NCBI RefSeq assembly: GCF_018350175.1
Contig: NC_058368.1
Span: 51,027,815 to 51,091,814, forward strand
Length of the DNA stretch: 64,000 bases
Source of the DNA: Felis catus
Lineage: Eukaryota
Direction: 5' to 3'
The notes below the pieces were generated by a model. The model ran no database searches. It saw nothing but the letters and a program-made list of their open reading frames with translations, and had not been told where the DNA came from. The first letter of the stretch is position 1, and every line of letters starts with the position of its first letter. Shown here piece by piece: positions 1 through 13,699 of the stretch. A program made the translations under genes and the position numbers.

Positions 1-308
1 ACAGCGTAGATGAGCCCTGAGGATCATTATGCTAAGTAAAATAAGCCAGGTACAAAAAGACAAATACTGTATGACTCCACTTATATGAGGTAACTAGAGT
101 GGTTTCAAACTCACAGATACCAAAAGGAGAATGGAGGTGACCAAGGACTAGGAGGAGGGGAGAATAGGGAGATAGGGTTTAATGGGTAGAGTTTCCCAAA
201 GGGGCCATGGATGGTGGTGATGGTTGCACAGCTTAGTGCCACCAAAGTGCACGTCTAAAAATGGTTAAAATGGTAAAAATGCATATCTTGCTACAATAAA
301 AATAAAAA
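1..308 (+). mobile_element. Old L1 (L1MB-like) 3' end fragment
   Basis: Typical L1M 3' UTR text (ATTATGCTAAGTAAAATAAGCCAG...GACAAATACTGTATGACTCCACTTATATGAGGT...GGTGATGGTTGCACA) ending in AATAAAAATAAAAA. Confidence 0.8.
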
Positions 309-1083
309 TTGTTTAGAGATTATATGTGATAAGGAAGAAAACTACAGTTGGGAAACTTTGTGCTACCATGTGTTCTTAGGCTTCAGGCTGTGATTCTCTG
401 CCTCCAGATCCCCAGTGAGGTCAGTGCAGCTATGACTTCTCCCGGACCAGCCATTTGGCTGGTGGGCTGGTTCCAGGGCTTTCTCTAATTGTCTTCCCCC
501 CAAAGTCTGCTTAGGGCAACTTCTCAGACTCCACCCAGGAGCTTCCTCTTAGAGCAGCCATTCCCAGACAGCCGTTCCCACAAAAGGTCACAATGCCCAG
601 GTCAGCTCATTAAACCCCAGATGCTGGCCCTGTCCTTTGCCCACCCCCCCTTAATTGAGATTTCTCTGTTTAAAAATAAAAGTAGACTCATTTTGGTAAA
701 AGTAGTCAGATGACGTTTCTTTCTCTGAAAGACTTCTGTCAGGATGATGGCGTGAGAAAGAAAAGCCTAGTGAGACATTAACTGAATCTCTGGCAAGAGT
801 GTGGTCGTGGGCTGCCCCCCCAACCCCCCCGGGGGCTCGCACTCTGGGTTAACAACGAAGAGGATCAAAGGAGGGCAGACCTGCCTGCCTTTCGTGCCTG
901 CTTCCCACGCTTCTGCTTTTCTCCTTCTGGCTTTTCTGATCCTTCCAGCTTTCTACTCTGCTTCAGGCACTAAATGATTACAGATACCTTGTCATTCTCT
1001 CCACCTTCCTCCCTGCGTATCTTTCCACTCATTCTATTACTTTTATCATCCAAGTAGTTCCAATCATCAGGAACCCTGAGTTC

Positions 1084-1239
1084 GGGGCACCTGGGTGGCT
1101 CAGTCAGTTAAGTGTCTGACTCTTGATTTCAGCTCAGGTCAGGTGGTTTGTGGGTTTGAGCCCCGCATCGGGCTCTGCGCTGACAGTTCAGAGCCTGCTT
1201 GGGATTCTCTCTCTCCATCTCTCTCTGCCCCTCCCATGC

Positions 1240-1277
<38 letters not shown>

Positions 1278-1318
1278 AAAATAAATAAATAAATAAACTT
1301 TTTAAAAAATCATAATAA
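1084..1318 (+). mobile_element. CanSINE (felid SINEC)
   Basis: tRNA-derived head GGGGCACCTGGGTGGCTCAGTC, (CT)n linker, A-rich tail; TSD AGGAACCC[T/A]GAGTTC at 1069-1083 and 1319-1333. Confidence 0.95.
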
Positions 1319-1674
1319 AGGAACCCAGAGTTCAAAGTTGGGGCTCCACATACTTTGTGTTCAAGTCACCACATCAAATGTGTCAAACAAGGAAACATGC
1401 ATTCAGTAGGAGCTGTGGGAGCACTGATCACCCATGCTTATAAAGGATGCAAGACAACTGACCCGTGCTGCCAAAGGGCCTAGATCTACAGATTGTGCAG
1501 AAGGTCAGGCGAAGGGGGACTGAGAGGGCATAGGATGTTTAAATAAAGGATGCAAAAAGTATAGCTGTTTCCTACAGTGATGGCAAAACACTCAGAGTGC
1601 CTGGCCCCCTGTCTTCCTGAGCAGTTTCTCATGTCCTTTTTTTTTTAGGGAACTCAAAAGCAATTCTAAATAGT

Positions 1675-1740
1675 TTAATATATATTAATATATAATAATA
1701 ATATATTAATAGTTATATATATATATATATATATATTATT
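1675..1740. repeat. AT-rich / (TA)n microsatellite
   Basis: Direct reading. Confidence 0.85.
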
Positions 1741-2778
1741 TAAAGGAGATTAGCTCACAGGACCTTTAGAAGAGCCCATCAGTAGGCTTGGAAGCTAAAC
1801 AGCCAATAAAATTCCAAATCACATTCGTCCAGCCCTGTGGCTCCAGAGAGCTGGGCCCACACAGCCGGCTCCACCAACGTGGGCCCACCAGGCTGCTCTG
1901 GGCCCTCTGCCACAGGGTCTCCAGAAGCTGGATGCTCTTACCACTGCGCTAGCTACAACCATCTCACACCGTCCCCAGCTTCACTGGCTTCTAATTCAAA
2001 GTCTTATTAGTAGGACCATGCCTGCACCCCAACTGGAGGGATGCTGGGCAAGAATCTGGGGAACTGGTAGGTCTCCTGGTTGGGAAAGTCTCCAATCATG
2101 GGCACAATACTCATCGGTTCTACTTATAAATATTAGGCAGCCAGAAAGAATGGAACACACCCCTTGGAGGCTCTGCTGCTTCTGCTGCTCTGAGGCGACA
2201 CTTCAGATAAGGCTTTGCCGCCCAGAAAACTGGATTCTATCTTTGCTAAGAGAATAAGGAAGGCCAATTATGCAGACTCGAAAACCCTTAATAGTGCCAG
2301 AAGTATCCCACTGCCTTCAGAAAAAAGAGCAGACTCCACAGAGCACCATTCAAAGTTTCCCACAGCAGGCTCCAATCTGCCTTCATCACATTTCTCTACT
2401 TACCTTGCCCAACCCTCTCCCCTACTACAGGCACGCTGGCTGGCTCCAACTCCCCATCCAGTCCCAGCACCTCGGGCAACACTGCTCATGTCATATCTCT
2501 GCAGGGCCATCTGCCATCCACTGTGCCTCCCCACATCCCACCTCCTGAAACACACAGCTCTAATCCCACATCCATCACCTTCCATAGCTCCTAAATGGGA
2601 GGACTGTCCTCCAAACCTCCACGGTAGCTATTTTCTTCGTAATGCATCTGTCAGCAGATCATGTACCATGAGACATCACTTCTGGCATTGTCTTAAGCTC
2701 TTACCTGTGTCTTTGTTATTTATGTATTTATTTATTTTTCCATAAATATGTCTTATCTCCCCACTTAGCTGCTATAGT

Positions 2779-2997
2779 TCTTTTTTTTTTCCTTTTTTTT
2801 TTTAAGTTTATTTATTTTTGAGAGAGAGCATGCAGGGAGGAGCAGAGAGAGAGGGAAAGGAAATTCCAAGCAGGCTCCACACTGTCAGCGCAGAGCCCAA
2901 CTTGGGGTTTGATCTCTCGATCTCACGAACCATGAGATCACGACCTGAGCCCAAATCAAGAGTCGGATGCTTAACCGACCAAGCCACTCAGGTGCCC
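2779..2997 (-). mobile_element. CanSINE
   Basis: Reverse-complement SINEC body, poly-T, TSD CTATAGTTCTT on both sides. Confidence 0.95.
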
Positions 2998-3379
2998 TGC
3001 CTCTATAGTTCTTGACGGCACGGGCTCTTTGTTGGACTTCTTGGAATGTACATAGCATGTCACATAAGAATCTGCACATTATAGGTAGTCTGTAATAATA
3101 TGTGACTTTAAATGTTCTCTACTCCACAGAATTTTTATCTATCCAACTGAGTGTGGATGCCTTTGCTTATTAGCATGGCCCTGCCCCACAGGCTGACACT
3201 TATTAATTTTCTTAAGTAGGACATCTTTCCTGGGGAGCAGGGGAAGAAGTCAGCAGATGATCCTTCTCCAGCAAGCATGCTGGACAGAAACAGAGATAAC
3301 CCTTCAGCGGCTCCCATTAATCTGGGAACACTGGGATAATACTTATCTGGATAAGGCTGGTACCTCCTGAGAGTTTACA

Positions 3380-3530
3380 AATCCTTATGGCAACTCCAAT
3401 GAATAAATGCCATTATTCCCATTTTACAGATGGGAAGCTTGTGTAATTCAACCAAGGTCATGCAACGCATAAGGGACAGACCCAGGACTGAACTCAGGCA
3501 ACTGGCTCCAGAGGCAGTGTTCCTCACCAC
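3380..3530 (-). mobile_element. MIR fragment
   Basis: CCCATTTTACAGATG...AAGGTCA...GGACTGAACTCAGGC...GGCTCCAGAG, MIR core in reverse. Confidence 0.7.
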
Positions 3531-4583
3531 CAGCTACTGACCAAGATACTCTGTTTATACAGCACACTTAATCATGGTGTCTCCAGAAAGAGTACATTCT
3601 AAGAATTTTTAAAGTAAATTTTCAAAAGCCGTTCAATTTTAACATGGCGAATGGTTTCACAGAAGAAAGCTTACCAATGTTTCTCTGTGTCTCGCTGTAT
3701 TTGAGGGGTGTCGGATTCTCACCCTCCTGAAAGAGTCAAGTCAGATAAGGCAGGTCAGAGAAACATCTGTGTTTTTTTGTGGTGCAGAAATTCACACAGA
3801 AACATCTCATAAATGCAAAAGCTTCTGTGAAGGAGCCAAACTTTCCCTTTCCTCTTCATTTAATGGTGTGCTAATCATACTATCTGAGGCCTTCCTGAGA
3901 ATAAAGTCCAAAAGCTGTGGTTTTCAAAAAAATACCGAGAGTCTAATATAGATGAGTATCTACATCCTAGAAATCAAATTCTTTCATTTGAATATTTATA
4001 ACAAGAAGTTACATGGCAAGGTTAAGATTTCCTAGTGGCCCAAGTCACTGGAAAGTCACTTTCATTGCTTCCATTTTATTATGCTGTGTTCAACCAAAGA
4101 GAGGTATTTTAGGAACCTGGCTAAGTTCTCAGCTTTTTTTTTTCTCTTATCAGAAATATACAATCGACTTTACTTTCATATATCTTAATGTTTCCTTAGT
4201 ATGATAAGCTTCTAAATACCAGTGTCTGATAAATAGTAAGATTTCAGTAAATACGTTAAGTGTTCAGCTTTCACTGAGGAAAACTATAAAATTATAAGAA
4301 ATTCATTTTGGGTAGATGTCACTTTGGGAATTTTGTGCCCTCCATTTTCCAGTGTTTTCCCAGAAGCAGGTATCACATGAGAAATTTCTTCTAAATTTTT
4401 GTTCTAGAAAATTTTTTGCCTCACCTGAAGAGTTGAAATTATTTATCTTATAAAAAATGAAAACTAGTCATGTTTCTCATTTTACTTTGGCCACCAGGAA
4501 ACTCAGTGCCAATTCACAGGCCAATTATGTTTGGATCCATTAATTTCCATTCTAGTCGAAGCTATTAGAATTCTATGGCTCAG

Positions 4584-5312
4584 TATGACAGTTACCAACT
4601 TACTGCCTCTCTGCTCCAAATTCATTCTTTGTGTCTGCTGTGTAAAAATGGATATGGTTCCTTTAAATGTTTTTCCTTTGCCAGCTGGCCCTGTGTTAAC
4701 CTTTGGCAGTACAGTGCTCTGAAGAGACATTCTGGGAGGAAAAGGTTTTGTTTCCTGGTTCTGGTGCTTAATCTCCAGGCTCCCGCAGGGCTCATAACTT
4801 CTTGAGGGGCCTCTTACAGCACATGTGGCTTCCCCAAGGCCCAGCACTTGCCGCACAAACAGCTTCTCCGTTGCCAGACTCCTGCAGGGCACAGTGGTCA
4901 GTATCACGGAGCCAGCAGCTCTCCCAGCATCCCTTTGGGCAGATTTGCAGCAGAGTTTGTCTGGTAAGACACCTCCCTGTGAGCAGCTCTCTCCAACCCC
5001 CGGGAGGGCAGGCTTCCAGCAAGTTCCTAAGGGCGAATTCTAGATAATTCCAACAACACAGCATCACACTGGCATCTATCTCTGCTATCCAGTCAGCCTC
5101 AGCTGTATCCTCTCCAATGAAGTCTGGGTCTCGGCCCTGGGGTGGTGGCTGTTCCATCTCTGCCATTCTGTACTCTATGGAGTTCTCTTTACTTCTTCCC
5201 GGGCAACCCCTTGTTGCTTCAATTACCTGGTACAGTCAGTAATTCTTTATATTAAAGTTTCCATGTTCAAATGACTGTGTGGTTTTCTCTTCTGATCAGA
5301 TCCAGACTGATA
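4584..5312 (+). mobile_element. ERVL-class solo LTR (MER74/MER88-like)
   Basis: Start resembles remembered MER74-type LTR (TTACTGCCTCTCTGCTCCAAATTCA...TGTTAACCTTTGGCAGTA); ATTAAA signal near 5251; ends ...GACTGATAC. Confidence 0.65.
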
Positions 5313-6069
5313 CGCTTAGCATATGTGCATTTTCCATTCTCTTCCTATCCTGACATCTACACAAACATGTTTTGCCCCTTGATTCTCTTATTTTTAAAAT
5401 TCAGAGTTCACCACTCTGTTGTGTACATACTTTCTTTAGTCTACTCTAAAATGGTTTACGGAATGTAAAGACCAACAATTAATTGAAATGTATATGCAAG
5501 TGAGGGTCATGCCTATTTAACTTGCTGCTCACCTTTCCAGAAAACAACCAGTCTCAATGCAGTAAACCAATTCTTTCTGATGAAGCTAATGAGACTAATG
5601 ATCCCAGGCACGTCCCTCCCAGGTTAGACTTTTCTCCAGCTGAAATAGGACCCCTAGAAGTTTAGATGTTAGTGCCAGAAATAACAAACCAATAGACCCG
5701 AGATAATAATAGTTCATCATCGTGCTTCTCAAATCAAAAGTTTCTTTTCCTACATATTTCCTGAAATTCATGTGACCTGCCCCAGGCTAGGAGCTGATTC
5801 AGGAGATACTAAGCACAAAGAGATGGGTTGAGATGGATGTGGAAAATTGTGCGAGATAGAACAGAGATTTTCAGACTGGTGTGACGGAGCAGAGGATGGC
5901 AATTTCTGACAGACGTAGGAAAGGCCGGTGAGCACTGTGACAGTTAAGGAGCAGCGTCTCAGACCAAACTCCCAGGGGAGGAGGGGCCCCCAAACTGCGA
6001 ACCTCCCCGGGTTAACCATCAATTCCATCACCGCTGCCCCTGGGACTGAGAGCTGGGGCAGAGGAGCTG

Positions 6070-6235
6070 GCTTCTGTGAACGCCCAGGCTCCACTGAGTA
6101 CTAGTTATAAGCCCTCAAGCAACTCCTTAACCTCATAGGGTAACAGTGCCTACCTCCCAGGGCTGCCAGGAGGATAAAAAGAAGCACTAATTATGAACAA
6201 CCTCATCACAGTGCCTGGCACATTCGAAGTCTTAG
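6070..6235 (+). mobile_element. MIR fragment
   Basis: CCCAGGCTCCACT...CTAG...CCTACCTCCCAGGGCTG...CACAGTGCCTGGCACA. Confidence 0.6.
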
Positions 6236-6259
6236 CAGATGTGATTAACTGCTCCCCTT

Positions 6260-6722
6260 CTATTCGTTGCCTAGTGCCGCTCTAGCAAGTACCACAAGCT
6301 GGGTGACTTAGCGCAACAGAAACATATTGTCTCACAGTTCTGCAGGTGAGGAGCCCAAAATCAAGATGGCAGCTTGACCCTGTATTGTCTGAAATCTGTA
6401 GGGGAAGGATCCTTCCTTGCCTCTTCCGGCCTCTGGTAACCGCAAACATCCCTTGCATTGTGGCAGCACAATTCTGATCTCTGTCCCCATCCTCACTTGG
6501 CCTTTTCCCTGTGTCCTCCCACCTCGTCTTCCCTGTGCAGACCTATCTCTGTGTCCAAATTTCCTGTCAGATTAGATTAGGGCCCATCCTTAAATGAGGG
6601 TCACTAGAACCTCATTTTAACCTGATTAACTCTCTGAAGACTCTATTTCTAAATAAGGTCACATTTGGAGGTACTAGAGATTAGGAGTTTAACACATCGT
6701 CTTGGGGGGGCACAACTCACCC
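6260..6722 (-). mobile_element. MaLR solo LTR (MLT1C/D-like)
   Basis: GTACCACAAGCTGGGTGACTTA...TCTCACAGTTCTG...CTATTTCTAAATAAGGTCACATT...GGGGGGCACAA. Confidence 0.8.
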
Positions 6723-7889
6723 CTCCTTAGTTTCCTGGCAAGAGGTGGCAGCCTAATATCTCCCTCTATAATGAACTATCAGTTAGCTATTCAGAGTACA
6801 GGTTCTACTTTATCAGTTTCTTGAACACGGGCCAACTTTAATACACCCGTGGAGGCAAAGCATGGGTAAGTTCATCACTTAGAAACCTCCTACTCTTCTC
6901 TACCACTCCCAATCTGGGCACTGGCCATGAGGCGCCCTGCAGCCTTCCCTGGGCTCTAACCTCCTGCCCCTGCCTCACTTAGCCAGCCCTGCACTCACCA
7001 GATACTGTTCCTTTTTCCTCCCTCTTAATCAGACTCCATACCCCAAAAACCTATAACCAAATATCAGGTATATTCAAATCTTGATTTTCTGCCAAATAGA
7101 CGTAATCTATAAGAAACAGCAGAGATGGTAAGAGGGACATTTTAGTTGATCTGAAGGAAAACTTATGTCGAAGCCCATGTCCTTATTTGAAATGTAAGAA
7201 CTTTGGCGGGGGTGGGGGGGTAATACATGTTGCCACTAACTCCTCCATATGAATTGCAGGGGCAGGGGTCTTATTAAGGCACTGGGCTCCTCAGTGGAAT
7301 AAGAAGACCATAAGGGCGGGAGCACAGACAGTGGGCACCTGTGTGAGCAGAGGCACATCAAAGTACACTCAAACTGGCCCACGCTAAGAAAAACCAGGAA
7401 TTGAGAGGTGTTCCTAAGTTTTGTTACAGGCCCAAAGTCTCGGCAACAATGGATTCATAAGCACGGACCCTGTGTCCCCACGGTAATCATGTTTGTATCT
7501 CCCACTTCAGAAATCCCAAACAGAAAAGAAAAGATGAATGGCTTATAAGAGGCTGCCTGCCTTAGGCAGTCCCATGCATGGTCTGCTTTAAGGGGAGAGA
7601 AAATCTCCCCAGTCTAAGGTCACCTCCCCATCTCCCCATGTGCCCCCATCAGGGTCTAAAAGTCACATCATCAGGATCATTCTTAAGTAAAAGACATCCT
7701 ATCGTCCCACAACATTGGATAAAAGCATAACACTTCTGGGGAAGAATGCACTGTGCCTTTAGCGCCCACTACTATTTCACGAGCACCTGATATTATATTC
7801 CCCAGTGGTCACCTCAGGCACCTGTCCCAAAGGAATAAATCCAACCATGGACATGTGTTGGTTTGATTCTCGGCCATATCCTCAGAGCT

Positions 7890-8070
7890 GTACAAATCCC
7901 TGCATGTAAAATGTAAGGTGAATCTGCCTCTATAAAGTGGGACCAAATTGTAACTAGCACATCATGTTGTTGCGAGAGTTAATGAGTAATCCATCTAAAA
8001 TGCTTAGAACAATTCCTGGCACAGAGTGAGATCCCAGTAAATATTGACTCTCATCACTGTCATTATTACT
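7890..8070 (+). mobile_element. MIR fragment
   Basis: CTATAAAGTGGG...GTTGTTGCGAGAGTTAATGAG...CTTAGAACAATTCCTGGCACAGAGT. Confidence 0.6.
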
Positions 8071-9099
8071 AATGACTGAGAAAACACACAAGTCGAGGGA
8101 GAGCAGAAAGGTCTAGAGAAATAACACCAGAAGCCCCCATGGGGTGATGCTGGAGGGGAGGGTCTGGGAGGAAGTGGGCGGCGGGCTGGAAGGGAAGGAG
8201 AGCAGAACCAGCTTCTCCCACCACACAAGCGCACAGAGAACCACCCTGTACACATTGCCTACGTCCCCGGCACACGGCACCCACCGAGTCCCGCTGAGAC
8301 CCTGGCACTGAATCGCAACCATCTCTTCCCTCTTGGACTGAGCCAGAAGCATTCGCCTAACTGCTCTGCTGTCGCCAAGGAGGTGTGATCAAACCCAGGC
8401 GAGTGCAGCGGGGAGAAGCCTCCATAAATTAGAAAGTGACTACGTCCCAGAATCTCTGAAACTGGACCAAATAAATAGGGAGCCCAGGGCACTGGAAATT
8501 AGGTGTCCTGGATACCCAGCAAGGACCCACGGGACACCACAGAGCCTAGAGAAAAGGCAAAGGGCCACAACACAGTTTCCCAAAGTGTGTTCCAGGTGGC
8601 TCAGGAAAAGAAAAAGTATGCAAATAGGTTTCTGGGTTAAACAGAGTTTAACGTATTTCTTTAGAATCAGGTTTTCAAGGCTTCTCACCTGCCCAAATGT
8701 ACTGTGAACCTCCAGAGGTGGACACCGCACAGTGTCTCCCACATGAACGGGCTAAGAGAAGCCTGTTTGTAACAGAGTATCCAGAGAGCAGTGTCCTGCC
8801 AGAAAACCCTGAGGTTATTGACAAATGCTAGACAAAGGCAAGTCACCTAGGCTTCCTGAGCCCCCTGTTTTCTCATCGGAAAAACGAAGGGCTTCAATCA
8901 GCAGTTCTTGGCTGAGAAGCCGGTAAAAGCTGCGGATTTCCTCCCTGTAACGAGGCGCATATTGCACACGTGCCAGACTTTTCCATACGGTTTCAGGAAA
9001 TCATAAATCTCTCAACTCTCTGACGTTCGAAGAACCCTTCCATCTCTAAAATGGTGAACATGCCTGAATCAGAAGGATATCATGATAGATTTATCCGTT

Positions 9100-9545
9100 G
9101 CTTTCTCCCAGCATCCCTTCTGGTACCAGCGCTAGCTTCCCTTTGTGAAACCACTTCTTTCCCACTCCCCGTACATGTGTTCCAACAAGAGTGGACCAGC
9201 TCCCTCTCCCAACTCCAGAAGCTGGCATGTCACCCAAGCCCACTGACCAGTCAGAATACGAAGTGGAGGGCGCAATGCCATAAGAATTCTCTAGGACGCA
9301 AGCTGGAGCCATCCGATACGGAAGAGAGGGAGAAAAGACTCCACATTGTGGCTACTAAACTAGCAGAATAAAAGCCTGCAGTCTTGGTAACCTTCTTCAT
9401 CTTTGACAGGGAAAGCCATCCCTGATTATATTAGCTGAGTCATCTCTGAAATCCACTTCATCCCCCAAAATATCCCATTTATGTGAGTCAATAAATATTT
9501 CTTCTGTTTAAACTAACTTGCAACTGAAAGAGTGCTGAATAATTC
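9100..9545 (+). mobile_element. Old MaLR LTR (MLT1J/K-like)
   Basis: 3' part TATGTGAGTCAATAAAT...TGTTTAA...ACTTGCAACTGAAAGAGT typical of old MLT1 ends. Confidence 0.55.
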
Positions 9546-9829
9546 AAACATCAATCCTGGGATTCCCGGGGCTGCTGTGAGGCTCAATTAAGAGGCTCAC
9601 GGCGTTACTGCTGAGTCTACACTCAGCAGAGAACAACCATGGAAGGAAGGAGAGTAACAGATGACGGCGCATTGGCGGGTACTGGCAGGACCTGACCACT
9701 CTCCCATGTGAGCTTTGCACCAAGAAGTCCTCAGAGACCTCAGATAATTTCTTCCACCTGCTACCTGCTTCCTGCAACGTCATCATGGATCATCTGTGAT
9801 GGTGGGTGGGGGTGGGTAGGGAGAGGTGT

Positions 9830-9960
9830 GGAGGATGTCACAGAGTCATTTGAGAATCCAATGAATTTAATCAATCCTCTTCTTCAAAAAAGATATGCAA
9901 AAATATTTGCCTGCAGTTTCAGGAGTCTGTAACACTCCCTGAAACTCCAAAGAGTCTCCC
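9830..9960. mobile_element. hAT-Charlie MITE fragment (MER117-like)
   Basis: TTTGAGAATCCAATGAA...TTTGCCTGCAGTTTCAGGAG resembles remembered MER117 core; a similar degenerate stretch lies at ~8905-9040. Confidence 0.4.
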
Positions 9961-10342
9961 TCCTCGAGGGTCTCACTGTAGGTATCAAGAAATTGCTGGA
10001 CTTGTTAAGTGACAGATGCCAACCACTCAAATGGCTGGGGATGGGAAGGACGGAAACAGGAAGCTCTCCGGGGACACAAGAAGGGAGAGGAGAGTGCCTC
10101 GATAATCCAATAATCCGCAAAGACTCTGGCATTTAAGCAAACAGCATGACATGGTGGCACCACCTCCCACCTACCCTTTGAAGAATTTCCACCTCATGAC
10201 AAAGGGGATCCAGCAGGGTGAGAGCCCCCATTGTCAGACAATGGAATTAACCTGTGGCCTAAGGTTAGATTCCTGTGAAAAGGGATCCCTTGAGAGGGGG
10301 CGCTTTAAACTCCTATCAGTCATTCATACCATATCTCAGTAA

Positions 10343-10560
10343 CTTTTTTTTTAATTTTTTTAATGTTTATTTATTTTTGAGAGAGGGAGCGCCAGTGGGG
10401 GAGGGGCGGAGAGAGCTGGGGACAGAGGATCCCAAGCAGGCTCTGCACTGTCAGTGCGGAGCCTGAGGTGGGGCTCCGTGCGGGGCTTGAACTCATGAAC
10501 CTTGAGGTCGTGACCTGAGCCAAAGTCAGATGCTCCACCGACTGAGCCACCCAGGTGCCT
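10343..10560 (-). mobile_element. CanSINE
   Basis: Reverse SINEC body; flanks TCTCAGTAAC / CCCAGTAAC as TSD. Confidence 0.95.
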
Positions 10561-11552
10561 CTCCCAGTAACATATTTTAATAAGGAGAATCGGTGCTTCG
10601 GTGGACGTGGAGAGGAGAGTTCAGACAACACATGAGATCCACCGTCTGCCTTTGCCTGGGTCTGCACGGCAGAAGCACGGGTTTCTCAAAACAGCAACTG
10701 ATCCCTACCTTTGGAACATTTTGCTAAATAATTGTTTTAAATGGCTATATTCTTCCCAATTGTGGGAGGTTTTTTGTTTTTTGTTTTTTAAAAGTCAGTC
10801 CTCATAACCAAGGAAATACTGAGTTTATAGTTGACTTGACATTCATGAGTAAAGTTAGAAGCTGATGGTTTGACAAATCCTCATCTATTTTTCTTTCCAT
10901 CCTTAAATTTTTTTTATCAAAAATGGCCTCTCCCATTGAAGCCCAATGGCTCCATTCCCAGCCTCCCACCCTATGCCCAGCAAGCCTGTCCTTAGAAGCC
11001 TGCCCAGCATCCAGAAGGCAGGGAAGGCAGATTCACGGCTGCAGCTCAGCTCCTGGCCACAACCATTCCACCCAACCAAAGTCTCCAATATTTTTCTCCT
11101 GCCCTAAAAGATGTCAGATCTAGAGCCCCACGTCAGGAGGGCTCAGAAGACTCTCTGTGAAAAACACATTTTACAAGCCAGAGCCTTTTGCCAAGAATAA
11201 GAATGGTCTCCCCTGTGCTTATTTCAGATAATAATTTATGTTTGCCTGACTAATCCACAGCCTAGAAAGTGCTTTTCTTTATCTTTCTGCCTGTGATACT
11301 TAAGACCCCAGAGGGGCACCAACATGTCATATGTGCTCCCTAGCAACTCTTATTTCAACAGCGCCCCAGTCCTCACCACTGCGTGTGCAGATGCAGTCTG
11401 AGACTGGGGCTGGGTCCTCAACCTCGCTTCAAGGTTATTGGTGCCGGTAAACGTGAATTGTTTTAACTGTTTGCCACCATAAATCCTTGAAAAATAAGAA
11501 CAACTGATTCTTATATGAAATAAGATGTTTATGTCTAAAAAGCAAAACATTT

Positions 11553-11790
11553 GGAGCTCCTGGGTAGCTCAGTCAGTTAAGCATCTGACTCTTGATTTCG
11601 GCTCAGGTCATGATCTCACAGTTTGTGGGATCGAGCCCTGAGTCAGGCTCCGAGCTGACTGTGTGGAGCCTGTGTAGGGTTCTCTCAGATTCTCTCCCCT
11701 TGTCTCGCTCTCTGCCCCTCCCCCACAGGTGCATGTGCATGCTCTCTCTCAAAATAAATAAATCAACTTTAAAAAAAATAAAAAGGAAAG
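11553..11790 (+). mobile_element. CanSINE
   Basis: Head, CT linker and A tail. Confidence 0.93.
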
Positions 11791-12599
11791 AATTTAACTA
11801 AAGCATCTAACTTCACTTTATTTGGAACGACTTACTTCAGTACCCACATCACTCAGCTTGATATCTTCCCATAGGAAGCTCATTAAAACCTGAGAAATAT
11901 CACAGGCAAAGGCCTTACACCATCAGCTCATATTGGATATGAACACATGGCAAGAATCTGGCTCTGTGTTTTATGAATGACCACATACTGGCACGGCCTC
12001 GGGCCTTGAGGATGGACTTCATCTCAGCGCCACTAAGAAGAATCAGAAAGAACAAGAAGTTTGTACTGGGCTCTCCTCCTTTCTGTCTTAGCATCCTCTT
12101 ACACTTCATAGAATCCCTTGGAAGCTTCCCTTTGTTCTCCATCCTCAGACCCCATCTTCATGCTGCTTATCCTTGTCAAAGGGCTCTCTGCTCTAAAGTA
12201 CCTACCTGGATGGCAGCTGTTAAGACTGTTGCAAGAGCAAGTTTGGCCTGTTAAAAAAACAGTTTCATGGAGATGTCAGGCACCATCTGGCAGGACGATT
12301 TTGCCTCTCCCTAGCAACTGCACCCCTCCCACCTCCGTGTCTCTGGTTACCTTGCCTGCTTCCCTAGTTACCAGTGCTCCCCATCTCGATCTCCTGCACA
12401 CCTCTGATACCACCCCCCCCTCCATTTGCAGCTCCCCTGGTGAACCAGAACTCCCCTGGAGGTGGACCCCAGGGATTCTGCCGCCTGGAGCCCAGACCGA
12501 CCCTCAGCACCAACTCTGGTTTTAATCCTGCCAAGCTCACAGTATGTTAGTCAAAACCGCCAGTTCCAACCTGTGAATTCAGTGTTAGACGATCTGATC

Positions 12600-12780
12600 A
12601 GTTATCCCAATGGATGTCAATCCTGAAGCTCAGTCGAATCCCTCAGAAGACCTTAAAAATTACTAATGCCCAGAGTTAGTACACAGACCCAGAGATTTTG
12701 ATTCCATTGGTCTGGGGTAAAGCAGTATTTTTTTTAAGCCCTGCAACTAGTTCGAAGGTGAGCCACGGTTATGACCTAAC
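12600..12780. mobile_element. MER5A-like hAT MITE
   Basis: CCCAGAGATTTTGATTCCATTGGTCTGGGGT...TTTTTAAGC. Confidence 0.55.
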
Positions 12781-12950
12781 CCAAGAGAGCACAGTGCTGA
12801 ACCCCCTTTCTCATGCAAAAATAACTGATTAACAATGACTGGACAAATACTAAAGAAGTTATGCCAGTTTAAGTTAAACAAGTAATTCCTCTAGATATTT
12901 TCACATGCCTGACATTCAGGAAAATACATATTTTATAAAGACCAACCCAA

Positions 12951-12973
12951 TTTTTGTAAGTTTATTTATTTAT

Positions 12974-13020
<47 letters not shown>

Positions 13021-13199
13021 CCACGCAAGTGGGAGAGGGGCAGAGAGAGAGGGAGTCAGAGACTCCCAAGCAGGCCCTGTGCTGTCAGTGTGGAGCCAGA
13101 TGCAGGGCGGGCTCAATGCAGGGCTTGAACCCACACAGAGCAAGATCATGAGCTGAGCCAAAGTCAGACACTTAACTGACTGAGCCACCCAGGCACCCC
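12951..13199 (-). mobile_element. CanSINE
   Basis: Reverse body with long (GA)n; TSD CAACCCAATTTTT. Confidence 0.95.
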
Positions 13200-13414
13200 A
13201 AGAGCAACCCAATTTTTTATGGAACTGCATCACTACCTGTTAAACACAGACTTTGCCCTGTGACTCCCTGGCTGAATATCAGGCACCTTTGGAAACTGTA
13301 ACTCTTTCACACCTCTGAAGTATGCGAAACCCTGAAATAGTTATAGAGTAACAATGTCATTAACCGTTTTTCCAATTAAATCTTTAAAGTTTTTCACCTC
13401 ATCCTCCAATCTCT

Positions 13415-13560
13415 TGTTATTCAAAGTGAGGTCCACAGATTAGCAATGTGGTAGCAATGCAGAATCCATGGCCCCACCCCAGCCCAACTCAATCAGAATA
13501 TGCATTTTAAGTAGGTCCCTGGGAGAACCTGTAGCCACATTCAAGTTCCAGAAGCCACTA
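13415..13560. mobile_element. MER5A-like hAT MITE
   Basis: TCAAAGTGAGGTCCACAGA...AATGCAGAATC...GGCCCCACCCCAG...AATCAGAATATGCATTTTAA. Confidence 0.65.
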
Positions 13561-13699
13561 CATAGCAAGATGCTTTTATCAGTCTTGGTATTAGAATACA
13601 TCTTTCAAGGCCCTCCCTTTGTGGCCTTTGCCCTCCATAAACCCTCTGCTCCCCCCACATCGGACCACCTCCAGCTTCCAGGACCTTGCCCTCCCAACC

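Noticed and set aside
1084..1160. tRNA-like A/B-box sequences at SINE heads
   Set aside because: These are the tRNA-derived heads of CanSINEs, not tRNA genes.
2215..2745. 176-aa ORF
   Set aside because: Non-ATG start, pyrimidine-rich repeat-like DNA, no domain.
5868..5925. Peptide CQKLPSSAPSHQSE (minus strand) faintly resembling my memory of the KCTD8/16 post-H1 segment, as a possible lost H2 exon
   Set aside because: Only a few identities in low-complexity Ser-rich sequence, weak DNA similarity, and none of the conserved H2 core follows. A tBLASTn with KCTD16/KCTD8 exon 2 would settle it.
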